Assembly: GCA_963727805.1 (NCBI GenBank)
Contig: CAVSHF010000005.1
Span: 1,056,001 to 1,120,000, forward strand
DNA: 64,000 nucleotides
DNA from: an uncultured Nitrospiraceae bacterium
Lineage (GTDB): Bacteria; Nitrospirota; Thermodesulfovibrionia; Thermodesulfovibrionales; Dissulfurispiraceae
Direction: 5' to 3'
A program made the position numbers and the translations under genes. The notes beneath the pieces are model-generated. The model ran no database searches, had not been told where the DNA came from, and was given only the letters and a program-made list of their open reading frames with translations. This document shows, piece after piece, positions 19,727 to 30,781 of the stretch (the first letter of the stretch is position 1; every line of letters starts with the position of its first letter).

Positions 19727-19737
19727 GGAGGTGTGAA

Positions 19738-21399
19738 ATGAAAAGAAACATGATACACAAATACCGACCATACCCCATTGTAAGTCTGCCGAACCGAATG
19801 TGGCCATCACGGACGATCACAAAGCCTCCACTCTGGTGTAGCGTAGATCTACGGGACGGCAACCAAGCGCTTAGAGTACCGATGAGCGTCGATGAAAAGA
19901 GAGAAATGTTTCGCCTGCTCATTGAAATGGGGTTCAAAGAGATCGAAGTCGGATTTCCCTCAGCTTCACAAACGGAATATGATTTCGTGCGCCTGCTAAT
20001 CGAGAAGGAACTCATTCCGAAAGATGTCACAATCCAGGTGCTTACTCAGGCGCGGGAGCCTTTGATAAAAAAGACCTTCGCTGCCCTTCAAGGGTCCGAG
20101 CGTGCATGTGTGCATCTCTATAACTCCACGTCCGAACTCCAGCGGAGAGTCGTATTCGGGATGGGGAGAAAAGAGATTGTCGAACTCGCTGTTCGGGGTG
20201 CTGTCTCAATCAGGGAGGAAGCTGAAAAAATGGTTGGCACGGATATCCGCTTCCAATATTCTCCTGAAAGCTTCACCGGCACGGAACAAGACTTTGCTAT
20301 CGATATATGTGAAGCTGTCATGGATGTCTGGGAACCTGCTGCTGATAAGAAAGTGATACTGAACATCCCTGCCACTGTGGAGATGTCAACACCTAATATC
20401 TATGCCGACCGGGTTGAATGGTTCTGTCGCACAATAAAGGACCGTGACAAAGTGATCATTAGCGTTCATGCTCACAATGACAGAGGAACCGCTATAGCAT
20501 CAACGGAACTTGCGCTACTTGCAGGGGCCGAGCGAGTTGAAGGTACCCTCTTCGGAAACGGCGAACGCACCGGCAATGTCGATATCGTCACGGTCGCATT
20601 GAATATGTTCTCACAAGGCATCAATCCACATCTTGATTTGAGTGATATCTTCAAGATCGTGGGAGTGTACGAACGATGCACGAAGATTCCTGTGCATGTC
20701 CGCCATCCTTACGCTGGAGAGCTTGTTTACACTGCATTTTCTGGATCGCATCAGGACGCGATTAACAAAGGAATGAAACTCTTTCGCGAAAGATCGGACT
20801 TGTGGGAAGTCCCTTATCTGCCGATAGATCCGGCAGATGTGGGACGCACTTATGAATCGATTATCCGTATCAACAGCCAGTCCGGCAAGGGCGGTGTTGC
20901 ATACCTTCTGGCAAAGGAATATGGTCTCAACATCCCGAGGGAGATGCAGCCCGAATTCGGCTGCGTCATTCAGGCAATATCCGAGAGAACAGGCAGCGAG
21001 GTGACCTCCTCGATGATATGGGACGCCTTCGAACAAAGGTATCTGGGGGCTAATACTCCCTATTTGCTGGGCAAATTCCGGCTTAGCCAGAATGATGGCG
21101 ACTCTGTCGAGATCAATGCAGTAGTCTGCACGAACAGCAACAACAGGGAGATTACCGGGAAAGGAAACGGGCCTATCGACGCGTTCAGCAACGCCCTGCA
21201 AAAACATCTCAGCATTAACTTCAGACTGCTCTCATATTACGAACACGCCATTGAAAAAGGCTCGGATTCGAGGGCAGCAGCCTATATCCAGATAGAAGCG
21301 GACGCTGGATTCTTCTGGGGGGCCGGTATCGATACCAACATTGACAGGGCTTCATTCAAGGCAATGCTCAGCGCATTGAATAGATCGAGGGCAACGTGA
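19738..21399 (+). CDS. leuA: 2-isopropylmalate synthase (yeast/actinobacterial type)
   Basis: WCSVDLRDGNQAL, HAHNDRG, GNGERTGN, AFSGSHQDAI.KG, IRINSQSGKGG and GNGPIDAF. Confidence 0.97.
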   Translation: MKRNMIHKYRPYPIVSLPNRMWPSRTITKPPLWCSVDLRDGNQALRVPMSVDEKREMFRLLIEMGFKEIEVGFPSASQTEYDFVRLLIEKELIPKDVTIQVLTQAREPLIKKTFAALQGSERACVHLYNSTSELQRRVVFGMGRKEIVELAVRGAVSIREEAEKMVGTDIRFQYSPESFTGTEQDFAIDICEAVMDVWEPAADKKVILNIPATVEMSTPNIYADRVEWFCRTIKDRDKVIISVHAHNDRGTAIASTELALLAGAERVEGTLFGNGERTGNVDIVTVALNMFSQGINPHLDLSDIFKIVGVYERCTKIPVHVRHPYAGELVYTAFSGSHQDAINKGMKLFRERSDLWEVPYLPIDPADVGRTYESIIRINSQSGKGGVAYLLAKEYGLNIPREMQPEFGCVIQAISERTGSEVTSSMIWDAFEQRYLGANTPYLLGKFRLSQNDGDSVEINAVVCTNSNNREITGKGNGPIDAFSNALQKHLSINFRLLSYYEHAIEKGSDSRAAAYIQIEADAGFFWGAGIDTNIDRASFKAMLSALNRSRAT

Positions 21400-21467
21400 T
21401 AAAAACAGCTCTCTCGCGCTGATCAATTTTAATTGACAAGTGTCCGCAAAAGAGCTATGCTTATTTT

Positions 21468-21565
21468 ATAGCCTAACAGGTGGTGACGCCCTCTTCCTGC
21501 AGTGGCAGGAGATTCTCGGCACTATCGAGACAAGACGAGCGAGCGAAGCACCGCCTGCTTTAATT
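21468..21565 (+). ncRNA. Candidate structured small RNA or 5' leader, family unassigned
   Basis: Promoter TTGACA-17-TATGCT (21433-21461); closing stem CAGGTGGTG/CACCGCCTG encloses two hairpins; no SD-led ORF. Confidence 0.4.
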
Positions 21566-21724
21566 GAGCATTGATTCTCGAAGGTCCATGTCACTTTGCT
21601 ATACCCGGAAGTGGATGGCGTGAGGATTGATATGCCTCAATGGCTTGTTCATCCAACCACAATGTTTTCATTATATCCAGTCCCAATAACACCGCGTATT
21701 CAGGTATTCTGATATAATTTAAAC

Positions 21725-24249
<2,525 letters not shown>

Positions 24250-24546
24250 CTCTGCTTCCCCCGGTAACATACACCCTGAATTTAGTGATTCACGTACTAA
24301 GCCTATTTCCCGAGGATATTTGTCTTTATATTATGGCTGCGAAGCCGCAGATGGGTTTTAATTAGTGATTAGTCCGGACTCGGGTCAGGCAAAACAGACA
24401 AGGGGGACTCATATCACTCCAATGGGACTTACCGTGAAATAGAAATAGCAAGAAAAACAGATTTGATCAGGACATGCTTGCTTCCCTGAAGCCAGCACGT
24501 TGAATCGTGATATAATTGTACATAGCTTCCGGAGGGACATCAATTT

Positions 24547-25887
24547 ATGCCGCACACTGAAATAGAATACTTAGGCGCAGGAAGCTTGTACATCAGCGGT
24601 CGGCGGACTCTTATTCTTAGAGCTTTACTCGGCACCTGCGTCGGCGTCTCACTCTTTGATCGCACCGCCCAGATTGGCGGAATACTTCATCTTCTCCTTC
24701 CCGAACCGATTGGCTCTGGGAATCCCTGGCAGCCTGAGAGTTACGCATCAACTGGTCTGCCCCTGTTCATCGAGCAGCTTTGCAAAGCCGGCGCCAAAAA
24801 AGAAAGGCTCGAGGCCTTCATTGCAGGAGGCGCGTTAATAGGAAACGTGTCAGAACAGGATCTTGATCTCGACATCGGGGGGCGGACGTCCGACGTCGTT
24901 ATAAACATTCTGACCCGTGAGGCAATCCAGATCAGGGAATCCGAAACAGGCGGTGTACACGGCATGGTCCTCAGCCTGGACCTGGACACGTGGGAATGCG
25001 AAATTAAACCTGTGGTCCAGCCGCCGTCCGGAATCGAAACAGAAATAGAGAAACCAACTACAGAGGAAATTGGGCGTGCTATAGCACATGTGCGCCCTGT
25101 CCCACAAGTTGCACTTAAAATAATCCGAATGATAGCCGATAATCGTTACAGTCTGCAGGATGTGGCCACGGAAGTGCGTCAAGATCAGATTATCACCGCG
25201 AAAGTGTTGAAGTTGTGCAATTCAGCCATGATAGGTCGGCAGACGCACATAGATTCAGTGGACGAGGCCCTCATGATTCTCGGTGAAAAAATGCTGCTTC
25301 TGATGATAATGTCCTCCTCCATGCATTTTTTCTTCCCTGAATCTGAGCACGGATATTCCTTGGGCAAAGGGAGACTCTATCAACATGCCATAGGTACAGC
25401 TTTAGTAGCTGAGAAACTGGCACGGACAACTGGAAGGTGCAGTCCTATCGTTGCTTACACGGCAGGTCTTTTGCATGATATCGGAAAAGTTGTTCTTGAT
25501 TGTTTCGTAGCCCGGAACTACCCTCTCTTCTACCGTCGTACCCAGAGTGAGATTGTTAATCTGGAGGAAGCAGAATTGGAGATTCTCGGTATCGGGCATC
25601 CGGAAGTCGGCGGAAGACTGGCAACTCTATGGTCAATCCCTGAGAATCTGGTCGAAGCGATTCGATACCACCACCAGCCTGAAAAAGCGACGCATGCCAT
25701 GGAACTAACCCATATTGTCTGTCTGGCCGACCTTATCGTATCCAGATTCTGGACGAGCCAGGCACTGGCACGTCAAAACACTGACTCGCTCATCTCGTGT
25801 CTCAAAAAACTTGAGCTGAACGCTCATCACCTTCGTACTGTTGTGGACGGTGTCCCATGGAATGTCCTGAACAGTCTGAGACCTTAG
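24547..25887 (+). CDS. CheD-like deamidase domain fused to an HDOD domain
   Basis: N-terminal LGTCVGV...GGILH.LLP and AFIAGGA (CheD); C-terminal D..ITAKVLKLCNS, AGLLHDIGK and W.IP..L.EAIRYHH.P (HDOD). Confidence 0.85.
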   Translation: MPHTEIEYLGAGSLYISGRRTLILRALLGTCVGVSLFDRTAQIGGILHLLLPEPIGSGNPWQPESYASTGLPLFIEQLCKAGAKKERLEAFIAGGALIGNVSEQDLDLDIGGRTSDVVINILTREAIQIRESETGGVHGMVLSLDLDTWECEIKPVVQPPSGIETEIEKPTTEEIGRAIAHVRPVPQVALKIIRMIADNRYSLQDVATEVRQDQIITAKVLKLCNSAMIGRQTHIDSVDEALMILGEKMLLLMIMSSSMHFFFPESEHGYSLGKGRLYQHAIGTALVAEKLARTTGRCSPIVAYTAGLLHDIGKVVLDCFVARNYPLFYRRTQSEIVNLEEAELEILGIGHPEVGGRLATLWSIPENLVEAIRYHHQPEKATHAMELTHIVCLADLIVSRFWTSQALARQNTDSLISCLKKLELNAHHLRTVVDGVPWNVLNSLRP

Positions 25888-25920
25888 TCCTCCCAATCCA
25901 ATACATTAAATTTTCTTTAA

Positions 25921-26196
25921 AATTCGCTAAGATCTAAAAGACAGCCTTATAAGGGCATATGGATATGCTTTTGGGCAAGGCGGCCCGTACTTGTCGCGGA
26001 CATAGAAATGGAGGACTTTGCATTCAATTATGGAGAGGGTTCAAATCTGAGGATCGATGCATATGAGCACGTGCTCTACAACTGCACCCAAGGAAACCAG
26101 ACGCTTTTCGTAAGGACCGTCGAAGTCACAGCAGCCTGGGAATATATCACTTCAATCCTGAACAACTGGGCCGAGATAGGGAAGCGCAGGGCCTGA
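25921..26196 (+). pseudogene. zwf: Glucose-6-phosphate dehydrogenase C-terminal relic
   Basis: In-frame QPYKGIWICFWARRP...DFAFNY...DAYEHVLYNCTQGNQTLFVRTVEVTAAWEYITSIL..W matches the G6PD C-terminal pattern QPxEGI...DAYExLL..GDQTLF.R..EV.AAW. Confidence 0.75.
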
Positions 26197-26249
26197 TATC
26201 AGCCTCGGATGCTACCGATCGGGTTCCCCCGTTTGACTTCTTATTATGC

Positions 26250-26468
26250 CTATTTGCTCTCCTTTTTCGCCTCTACATTTTTCGCCTCTTCATTTTTCAG
26301 AGCTTCTTCTTTAGGTGGTGTTACATCAATATGCTCCTGGTCCGACACCCCTTTCTTGAAATTCCTGATTGCCTCTCCAATGCCTTTCCCGATCTCAGGC
26401 AATTTCCTACCGCCGAACAGCACGGCTACTATCGCCAGGACCACTAAAAGATCTTGTGTGCTTAACAT
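26250..26468 (-). CDS. tatA: Twin-arginine translocase TatA/TatE subunit
   Basis: TM helix then [23 protein letters not shown]. Confidence 0.93.
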   Translation of the reverse strand: MLSTQDLLVVLAIVAVLFGGRKLPEIGKGIGEAIRNFKKGVSDQEHIDVTPPKEEALKNEEAKNVEAKKESK

Positions 26469-26559
26469 AGTCCCCTCTTTGTCTCTTTTTTGGTTTGCAT
26501 ATCTTATTTATGTTGTATTATATATTATAAATTTGGCAAGCGTCATCGAACCCCGCATC

Positions 26560-27141
26560 ATGATATCTACTGAAATATTGGAATATCTTATCAGGACTTA
26601 CGGCTACTGGGCATTGCTGGCCGGCACCTTCCTCGAAGGCGAAACGATATTAATGCTTGGCGGACTCAGTGCGAAGCTAGGATACTTGGATTTGTCTCTG
26701 GTCATGGTGGTCGCATTCATCGGGAGTTTTTCGGGAGACCAGTTTTATTTCTTCATCGGCCGGTGGAAAGGTGCACAATTGCTAGTGCAGCATCCCAAAT
26801 GGCACGGGAGGGTGGAAAGGGTACACTGCTATCTCCAGCGCTACCACGATTTCATTATGGTCGGATTCAGATTTGTCTACGGCATCCGCATCATGACACC
26901 CTTTGTATTAGCCATGAATCTCAAGATTAAAACGAGTCGCTTTGTTGTTTTAAATGCCATTGGAGCAGCTTTATGGTCTATCATTGTTGCCGGAGGAGGC
27001 TACCTCTTCGGGCACGCGCTCGAATTGGTCCTCAATGACATCAAGCACTATGAAGTATCGATTATGATCGGAGCCTCCGCCATCGGCCTGGGGATTTGGC
27101 TGCTACACAGGTACCTCAGCAGGAAGAACAAAATTTGTTAG
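26560..27141 (+). CDS. dedA: DedA family membrane protein
   Basis: GTFLEGET, GS..GDQ.YFFIGR and RF.YG.R motifs; start set at 26560 because the longer ORF overlaps tatA on the opposite strand. Confidence 0.9.
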   Translation: MISTEILEYLIRTYGYWALLAGTFLEGETILMLGGLSAKLGYLDLSLVMVVAFIGSFSGDQFYFFIGRWKGAQLLVQHPKWHGRVERVHCYLQRYHDFIMVGFRFVYGIRIMTPFVLAMNLKIKTSRFVVLNAIGAALWSIIVAGGGYLFGHALELVLNDIKHYEVSIMIGASAIGLGIWLLHRYLSRKNKIC

Positions 27142-27172
27142 TGCACTTTCTGGTGTTTGCTGGTGATCTATA

Positions 27173-27883
27173 CTAACTCGGATCGCCAGTGCTTGCAACT
27201 TGCACGTGCAACTGCAAAAGCTCTTGTGTCCTTTTGACCGCACCTGTGAGATACTCCCAGAATTTCTCAGGAATAAGCCATCTGATGCCAAGCTTTTCAG
27301 CCCATTTTATGAGTCCTTGATCGGCCGTTACAAGAAGTGCATCGAGCTCCATGGCCAGCAGAAGCAGATCAACATCTTCTTTGCTATCGATGATCCCTTC
27401 CCTTAAGGCTTCGCGGTATTTCTTGCGCATATCCTGAATGATTTCATCGATTTTTTTCTTTTCAGTGCTTCGCACTGCTGACTCGGCAACTCTGAGCCCG
27501 CGGTTAACACGATCCCGCATGTCCTCAATAAGCTCGTACAGGAGAAACGCCGGACATTTGAGCTCATGTTTTTTAGGCGGCTTCTGTCGCAAAAAGAGTA
27601 GCAGTTCCCCGGTAATCCGATCCTTTTCGACAAAATTGAGAAGTTCCTGGAATGTCGAAGGTGGCATATAGAACTCGATGATATGAATCTGGGCAGCCAT
27701 AAAGAGAAATGTTTCAAGTGCCTCGGTCGGTGTTCTCCCGAGACTTGTTCTTACATCGGGATTGACAAAGAGACTCGTGTCGAGAACGACCTTCTCCATA
27801 GGGAGAATGGCTGACGGTATGCTTTCCCGCACGTCGCCACTCTGCTCCTCTTTAATTTTCTTATCTGTTGAGGTATTGTTCAT
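27173..27883 (-). CDS. RNA-free ribonuclease P (HARP, Aq_880 homolog; PIN_5)
   Basis: VLDTSLFVNPDVR, FYMPPS, PAFLLYELIEDMRDRVNRGLRVAE, KYREALREGIIDSKEDVD and TADQG..WAEKLG; true start may be ATG 27799. Confidence 0.92.
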   Translation of the reverse strand: MNNTSTDKKIKEEQSGDVRESIPSAILPMEKVVLDTSLFVNPDVRTSLGRTPTEALETFLFMAAQIHIIEFYMPPSTFQELLNFVEKDRITGELLLFLRQKPPKKHELKCPAFLLYELIEDMRDRVNRGLRVAESAVRSTEKKKIDEIIQDMRKKYREALREGIIDSKEDVDLLLLAMELDALLVTADQGLIKWAEKLGIRWLIPEKFWEYLTGAVKRTQELLQLHVQVASTGDPS

Positions 27884-27905
27884 GTCTTAACGAGGTGATG
27901 CTTCC

Positions 27906-29201
27906 CTATACGTCCAGAGCGAAAGTATTCCATGCTCCGCATCCTGGGCACCTGCCAAACCAGTCGGCAGAGGTGGAGCCGCATACGCTGCAGCGGTAAG
28001 GAATGCCCGGCGTATGTCCTGTTTCGACGGCCATTCTAAACTCCTCCATGGCACGGCTGATCTGATCACGCTTGCGGTAGAGTTCACCTCTGACTACAAA
28101 GAGTTCCGGATTAGAATAAACGTTTATATCTATAGATTCCAGAGTCTTGATAGCATCATCCAACATCTCCAGACGGGAATAAAGTTTTCCGAGCATGAAT
28201 TTAAGGCCGTTGTCCTGAGGGGCCCGCGCAAGAGCATTCCGGTAGAAGCGAAGCAGTCTTCCGGGTTCGCCAACAGAAATAAGCAGGTCTTCGAGACGTG
28301 CCCGAATTATGGCCGAATGGAGTGTCTCGTAACTCTTTTCGAGAAAATTGATCGCCTCCTCGGCCTCTCCCCTAGTCTCCATCACCTCGGCAAGACCAAG
28401 GTAAGCGGGAAGAAAGGAAGCGTCTGTCTTCAGCAGCGTTCTGAAGGCTTTTTCGGCCTTCTCGATCTCGCCGCCTTCGAGGCTCGAACGACCGTATTCG
28501 TATTTGTATCCGAGCTGCTTTTTCTCCTCCCTCTGTTTTTCTTTTTCGCTTTGCGCGAGCTTGATGATCGTTTTCTGGAGCGAGTGGAGCTCATCCCACA
28601 TCTCCTTCTTTTCGAGGATTGCCTGTTTTTTATAGAGCGCAGTGAGGTTGTTGCCGTCTAGATCGAGTATCTCATCGATGAGTTTCAAGGCGCTATCGTT
28701 GTGACCGGATTTCTCCAACACAGACTCCATGGACAGAAGAGTCAGGAGGTTCTTCGGACTGATGTCCCGTGCATTCCGGTAGAAACCAAGAGCTGTGGCA
28801 TAATCCTCGTTCCTGAAGGCGATGTCGCCGAGCCTAAGCAGTGCGTCAATATGTTCGGGGTCTTCTTTGAGTATGTCCTTGAGGGCATCCCTGGCATCTT
28901 CATCTCTATTACCAAGAATAGCGTTAAGTGCCTTGGCATAATATTCCTGTATTCTGCCCTCTTTCTTTTGGCGCCTCTGGAGCTGCATCGTGTCGATCAC
29001 CCGTTTCGTATCACGAATGAACACGAGTACCAACACCACGGCGGCACCCACGACCGTCGATAGGACCGCAAGCACGAACTTGGGGGTTTCATAAGTGCTG
29101 CCGAAAGGCACCTTGACGAATACCATATCCTTATTCTCCATGCCGAAGAACCCGATGATCGCGAGAATCAAGAGAAAAAAGAATATCGCTATTTTGCCCA
29201 T
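27906..29201 (-). CDS. lapB: LapB/YciM-like TPR protein with N-terminal LapA-like TM hairpin and C-terminal rubredoxin-type Zn finger
   Basis: Two N-terminal TMs; TPR repeats; YRCSVCG......FGRCPGCGAWNT. Confidence 0.75.
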   Translation of the reverse strand: MGKIAIFFFLLILAIIGFFGMENKDMVFVKVPFGSTYETPKFVLAVLSTVVGAAVVLVLVFIRDTKRVIDTMQLQRRQKKEGRIQEYYAKALNAILGNRDEDARDALKDILKEDPEHIDALLRLGDIAFRNEDYATALGFYRNARDISPKNLLTLLSMESVLEKSGHNDSALKLIDEILDLDGNNLTALYKKQAILEKKEMWDELHSLQKTIIKLAQSEKEKQREEKKQLGYKYEYGRSSLEGGEIEKAEKAFRTLLKTDASFLPAYLGLAEVMETRGEAEEAINFLEKSYETLHSAIIRARLEDLLISVGEPGRLLRFYRNALARAPQDNGLKFMLGKLYSRLEMLDDAIKTLESIDINVYSNPELFVVRGELYRKRDQISRAMEEFRMAVETGHTPGIPYRCSVCGSTSADWFGRCPGCGAWNTFALDV

Positions 29202-29641
29202 TAGTGGTGATACTCCTTACCCTTTAAGATCGTGAAGGCCCGGTAAAGCTGCTCCAGGAACAGCAGCCGCGCCATCTCATGCGTCAGAGTCATTCTCGAA
29301 AGGGAGATGCTCCCTATCGCTTGCTCTTTCACTTCAACGGCTACTCCAAAAGGCCCGCCGATAACGAAATCGACGGCATCCTTTCCTTTCAGAAAATGAG
29401 CAAACTCAACCGAGGTGAGTTCCCTCCCCTTTTCGTCGAGAAGGTAATAGCCCCCGGTCTGTTTCATGATCTTCCTTGCCTCGATGGCCAAGGCTGCTTC
29501 CTTCTGCCTGCCCTTCTCTTCCTTGATTTCAACCAGTGACATCTGTGACATCGGGCTCAATAGCTTGAGGCAATGGTTAATTCCCTCGCTGAGATACCGT
29601 TCCTTCGTCTTTCCGACCCAGATTATTTTTATTTTCGCCAT
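29201..29641 (-). CDS. rlmH: 23S rRNA pseudouridine-1915 N3-methyltransferase
   Basis: LDEKG, FVIGGPFG and SLS.MT.TH.MAR....EQLYRA.TI..G..YHH. Confidence 0.96.
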   Translation of the reverse strand: MAKIKIIWVGKTKERYLSEGINHCLKLLSPMSQMSLVEIKEEKGRQKEAALAIEARKIMKQTGGYYLLDEKGRELTSVEFAHFLKGKDAVDFVIGGPFGVAVEVKEQAIGSISLSRMTLTHEMARLLFLEQLYRAFTILKGKEYHH

Positions 29642-29978
29642 TGTAGGATATTCTCGGAGCATCGAGCCAGAATTTTTCGAGCTCGTAAAAGGCCCTCGTC
29701 TCCTGCTCAAAGATGTGAATAACAACATCCCCGTAATCTATCAATATCCAGTGGGCATTATCGCGGCCTTCGACACCAATAGGTCTTATGTCGTCTTCAC
29801 GCAGTTTATGCTCGATATTATCGGCTATCGCCTTGACCTGGGTGGTGCTTGTTCCGGAACAGATTACGAAGTAATCTGCAATCACTGTGAGGTCTTTAAG
29901 TTCGAGGATTATCGTATCTTTTGACTTTTTGTCGAGTGCTGCCTCTGCGGCTTTTATACTCTTTGCCTTGCTTTCTAT
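29577..29978 (-). CDS. rsfS: Ribosome silencing factor (Iojap), apparent non-canonical ATA start
   Basis: A.DKKSKD..ILEL...IADYFVICSG, WILIDYGDVVIHIF and R.FYELEKFW; AAGGAG SD lies 8 nt before ATA; in-frame stop a few codons upstream. Confidence 0.92.
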   Translation of the reverse strand: MESKAKSIKAAEAALDKKSKDTIILELKDLTVIADYFVICSGTSTTQVKAIADNIEHKLREDDIRPIGVEGRDNAHWILIDYGDVVIHIFEQETRAFYELEKFWLDAPRISYNGENKNNLGRKDEGTVSQRGN

Positions 29979-30016
29979 TTGATTAGCTCCTTTCGATAAG
30001 TGTTGTAACTATTATA

Positions 30017-30763
30017 TCAAACTTTGCCAGTCGTTTTGTTTTTTTCAGCCAAAAATTGAACAAGGGCTACCGCGACCATTGAAGCTGTCTCTGCGCGCAG
30101 TATCCGTGGACCCAAGGTCGCTCTAAGAAAGTTGCGTGATTCAGCCATCTCCACCTCGGACTGCATGAATCCCCCTTCCGGTCCGATACATAAAAACAAG
30201 GGGGCCTCGGTCGGTCCGATCTTCTCCAATGCTACATCCGGAGAAAGCCCTCCCCTTTCCCAAAAAATAATGCCTTGCGGAGATTCTGCCGAAATGGAGG
30301 TTTCAAAAAAATCGGCGAATTTCTGAGGCTCGCTGATCCCCGGGACTACAGACCGTCCGCACTGTTCGGCGGCCTCTTCGGCGATCTTCCGCCACCGCGG
30401 CGTCTTCCTCGTCTCCTTCACCTGACAACACCCTGATATCAAGGGAATGACTTGCTTTATGCCAAGTTCAGTCGTCTTCTGAATAACTAAATCCATCTTC
30501 TCCCCCCTCAAAATCCCCTGGCAGAGGACGAGGTTAGCGGAAGATTCAGTATCTATCATGAACTCCTGAATAATATCGATTGATACGCTCTTTTTCTGAA
30601 TCCCCGCTATCTTTGCAAGATACGACCTGCCTCGTCCGTCGAAAACGGTGATTTCATCGTCTTTTTTACACCTTATCACGGAAACAACATGGCGCGCTTT
30701 GTCGGATGGCAGAAGGATTCCGGTCTTTTTTGCTATGGCTTCAGGTGAAAGATATATTCTCAT
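30017..30763 (-). CDS. rsmE: 16S rRNA m3U1498 methyltransferase
   Basis: QKTTELG, EAAEQCGR, IGPEGGF and LGPRILRAETA. Confidence 0.96.
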   Translation of the reverse strand: MRIYLSPEAIAKKTGILLPSDKARHVVSVIRCKKDDEITVFDGRGRSYLAKIAGIQKKSVSIDIIQEFMIDTESSANLVLCQGILRGEKMDLVIQKTTELGIKQVIPLISGCCQVKETRKTPRWRKIAEEAAEQCGRSVVPGISEPQKFADFFETSISAESPQGIIFWERGGLSPDVALEKIGPTEAPLFLCIGPEGGFMQSEVEMAESRNFLRATLGPRILRAETASMVAVALVQFLAEKNKTTGKV

Positions 30764-30781
30764 GCAATGGACGCAGCACTG

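Noticed and set aside
24370..24500. Possible c-di-GMP-I (GEMM) riboswitch before cheD-HDOD (GGCAAAAC)
   Set aside because: It lacks the GNRA-capped P1 and the GACGCAAAG junction.
26209..26559. 117-codon N-terminal extension of the DedA ORF
   Set aside because: It is the antisense shadow of tatA; DedA similarity starts at ATG 26560.
29642..29728. N-terminal extension of rlmH in the ORF track
   Set aside because: It is an alternative frame of rsfS; RlmH similarity begins at MAKIKII (29641).
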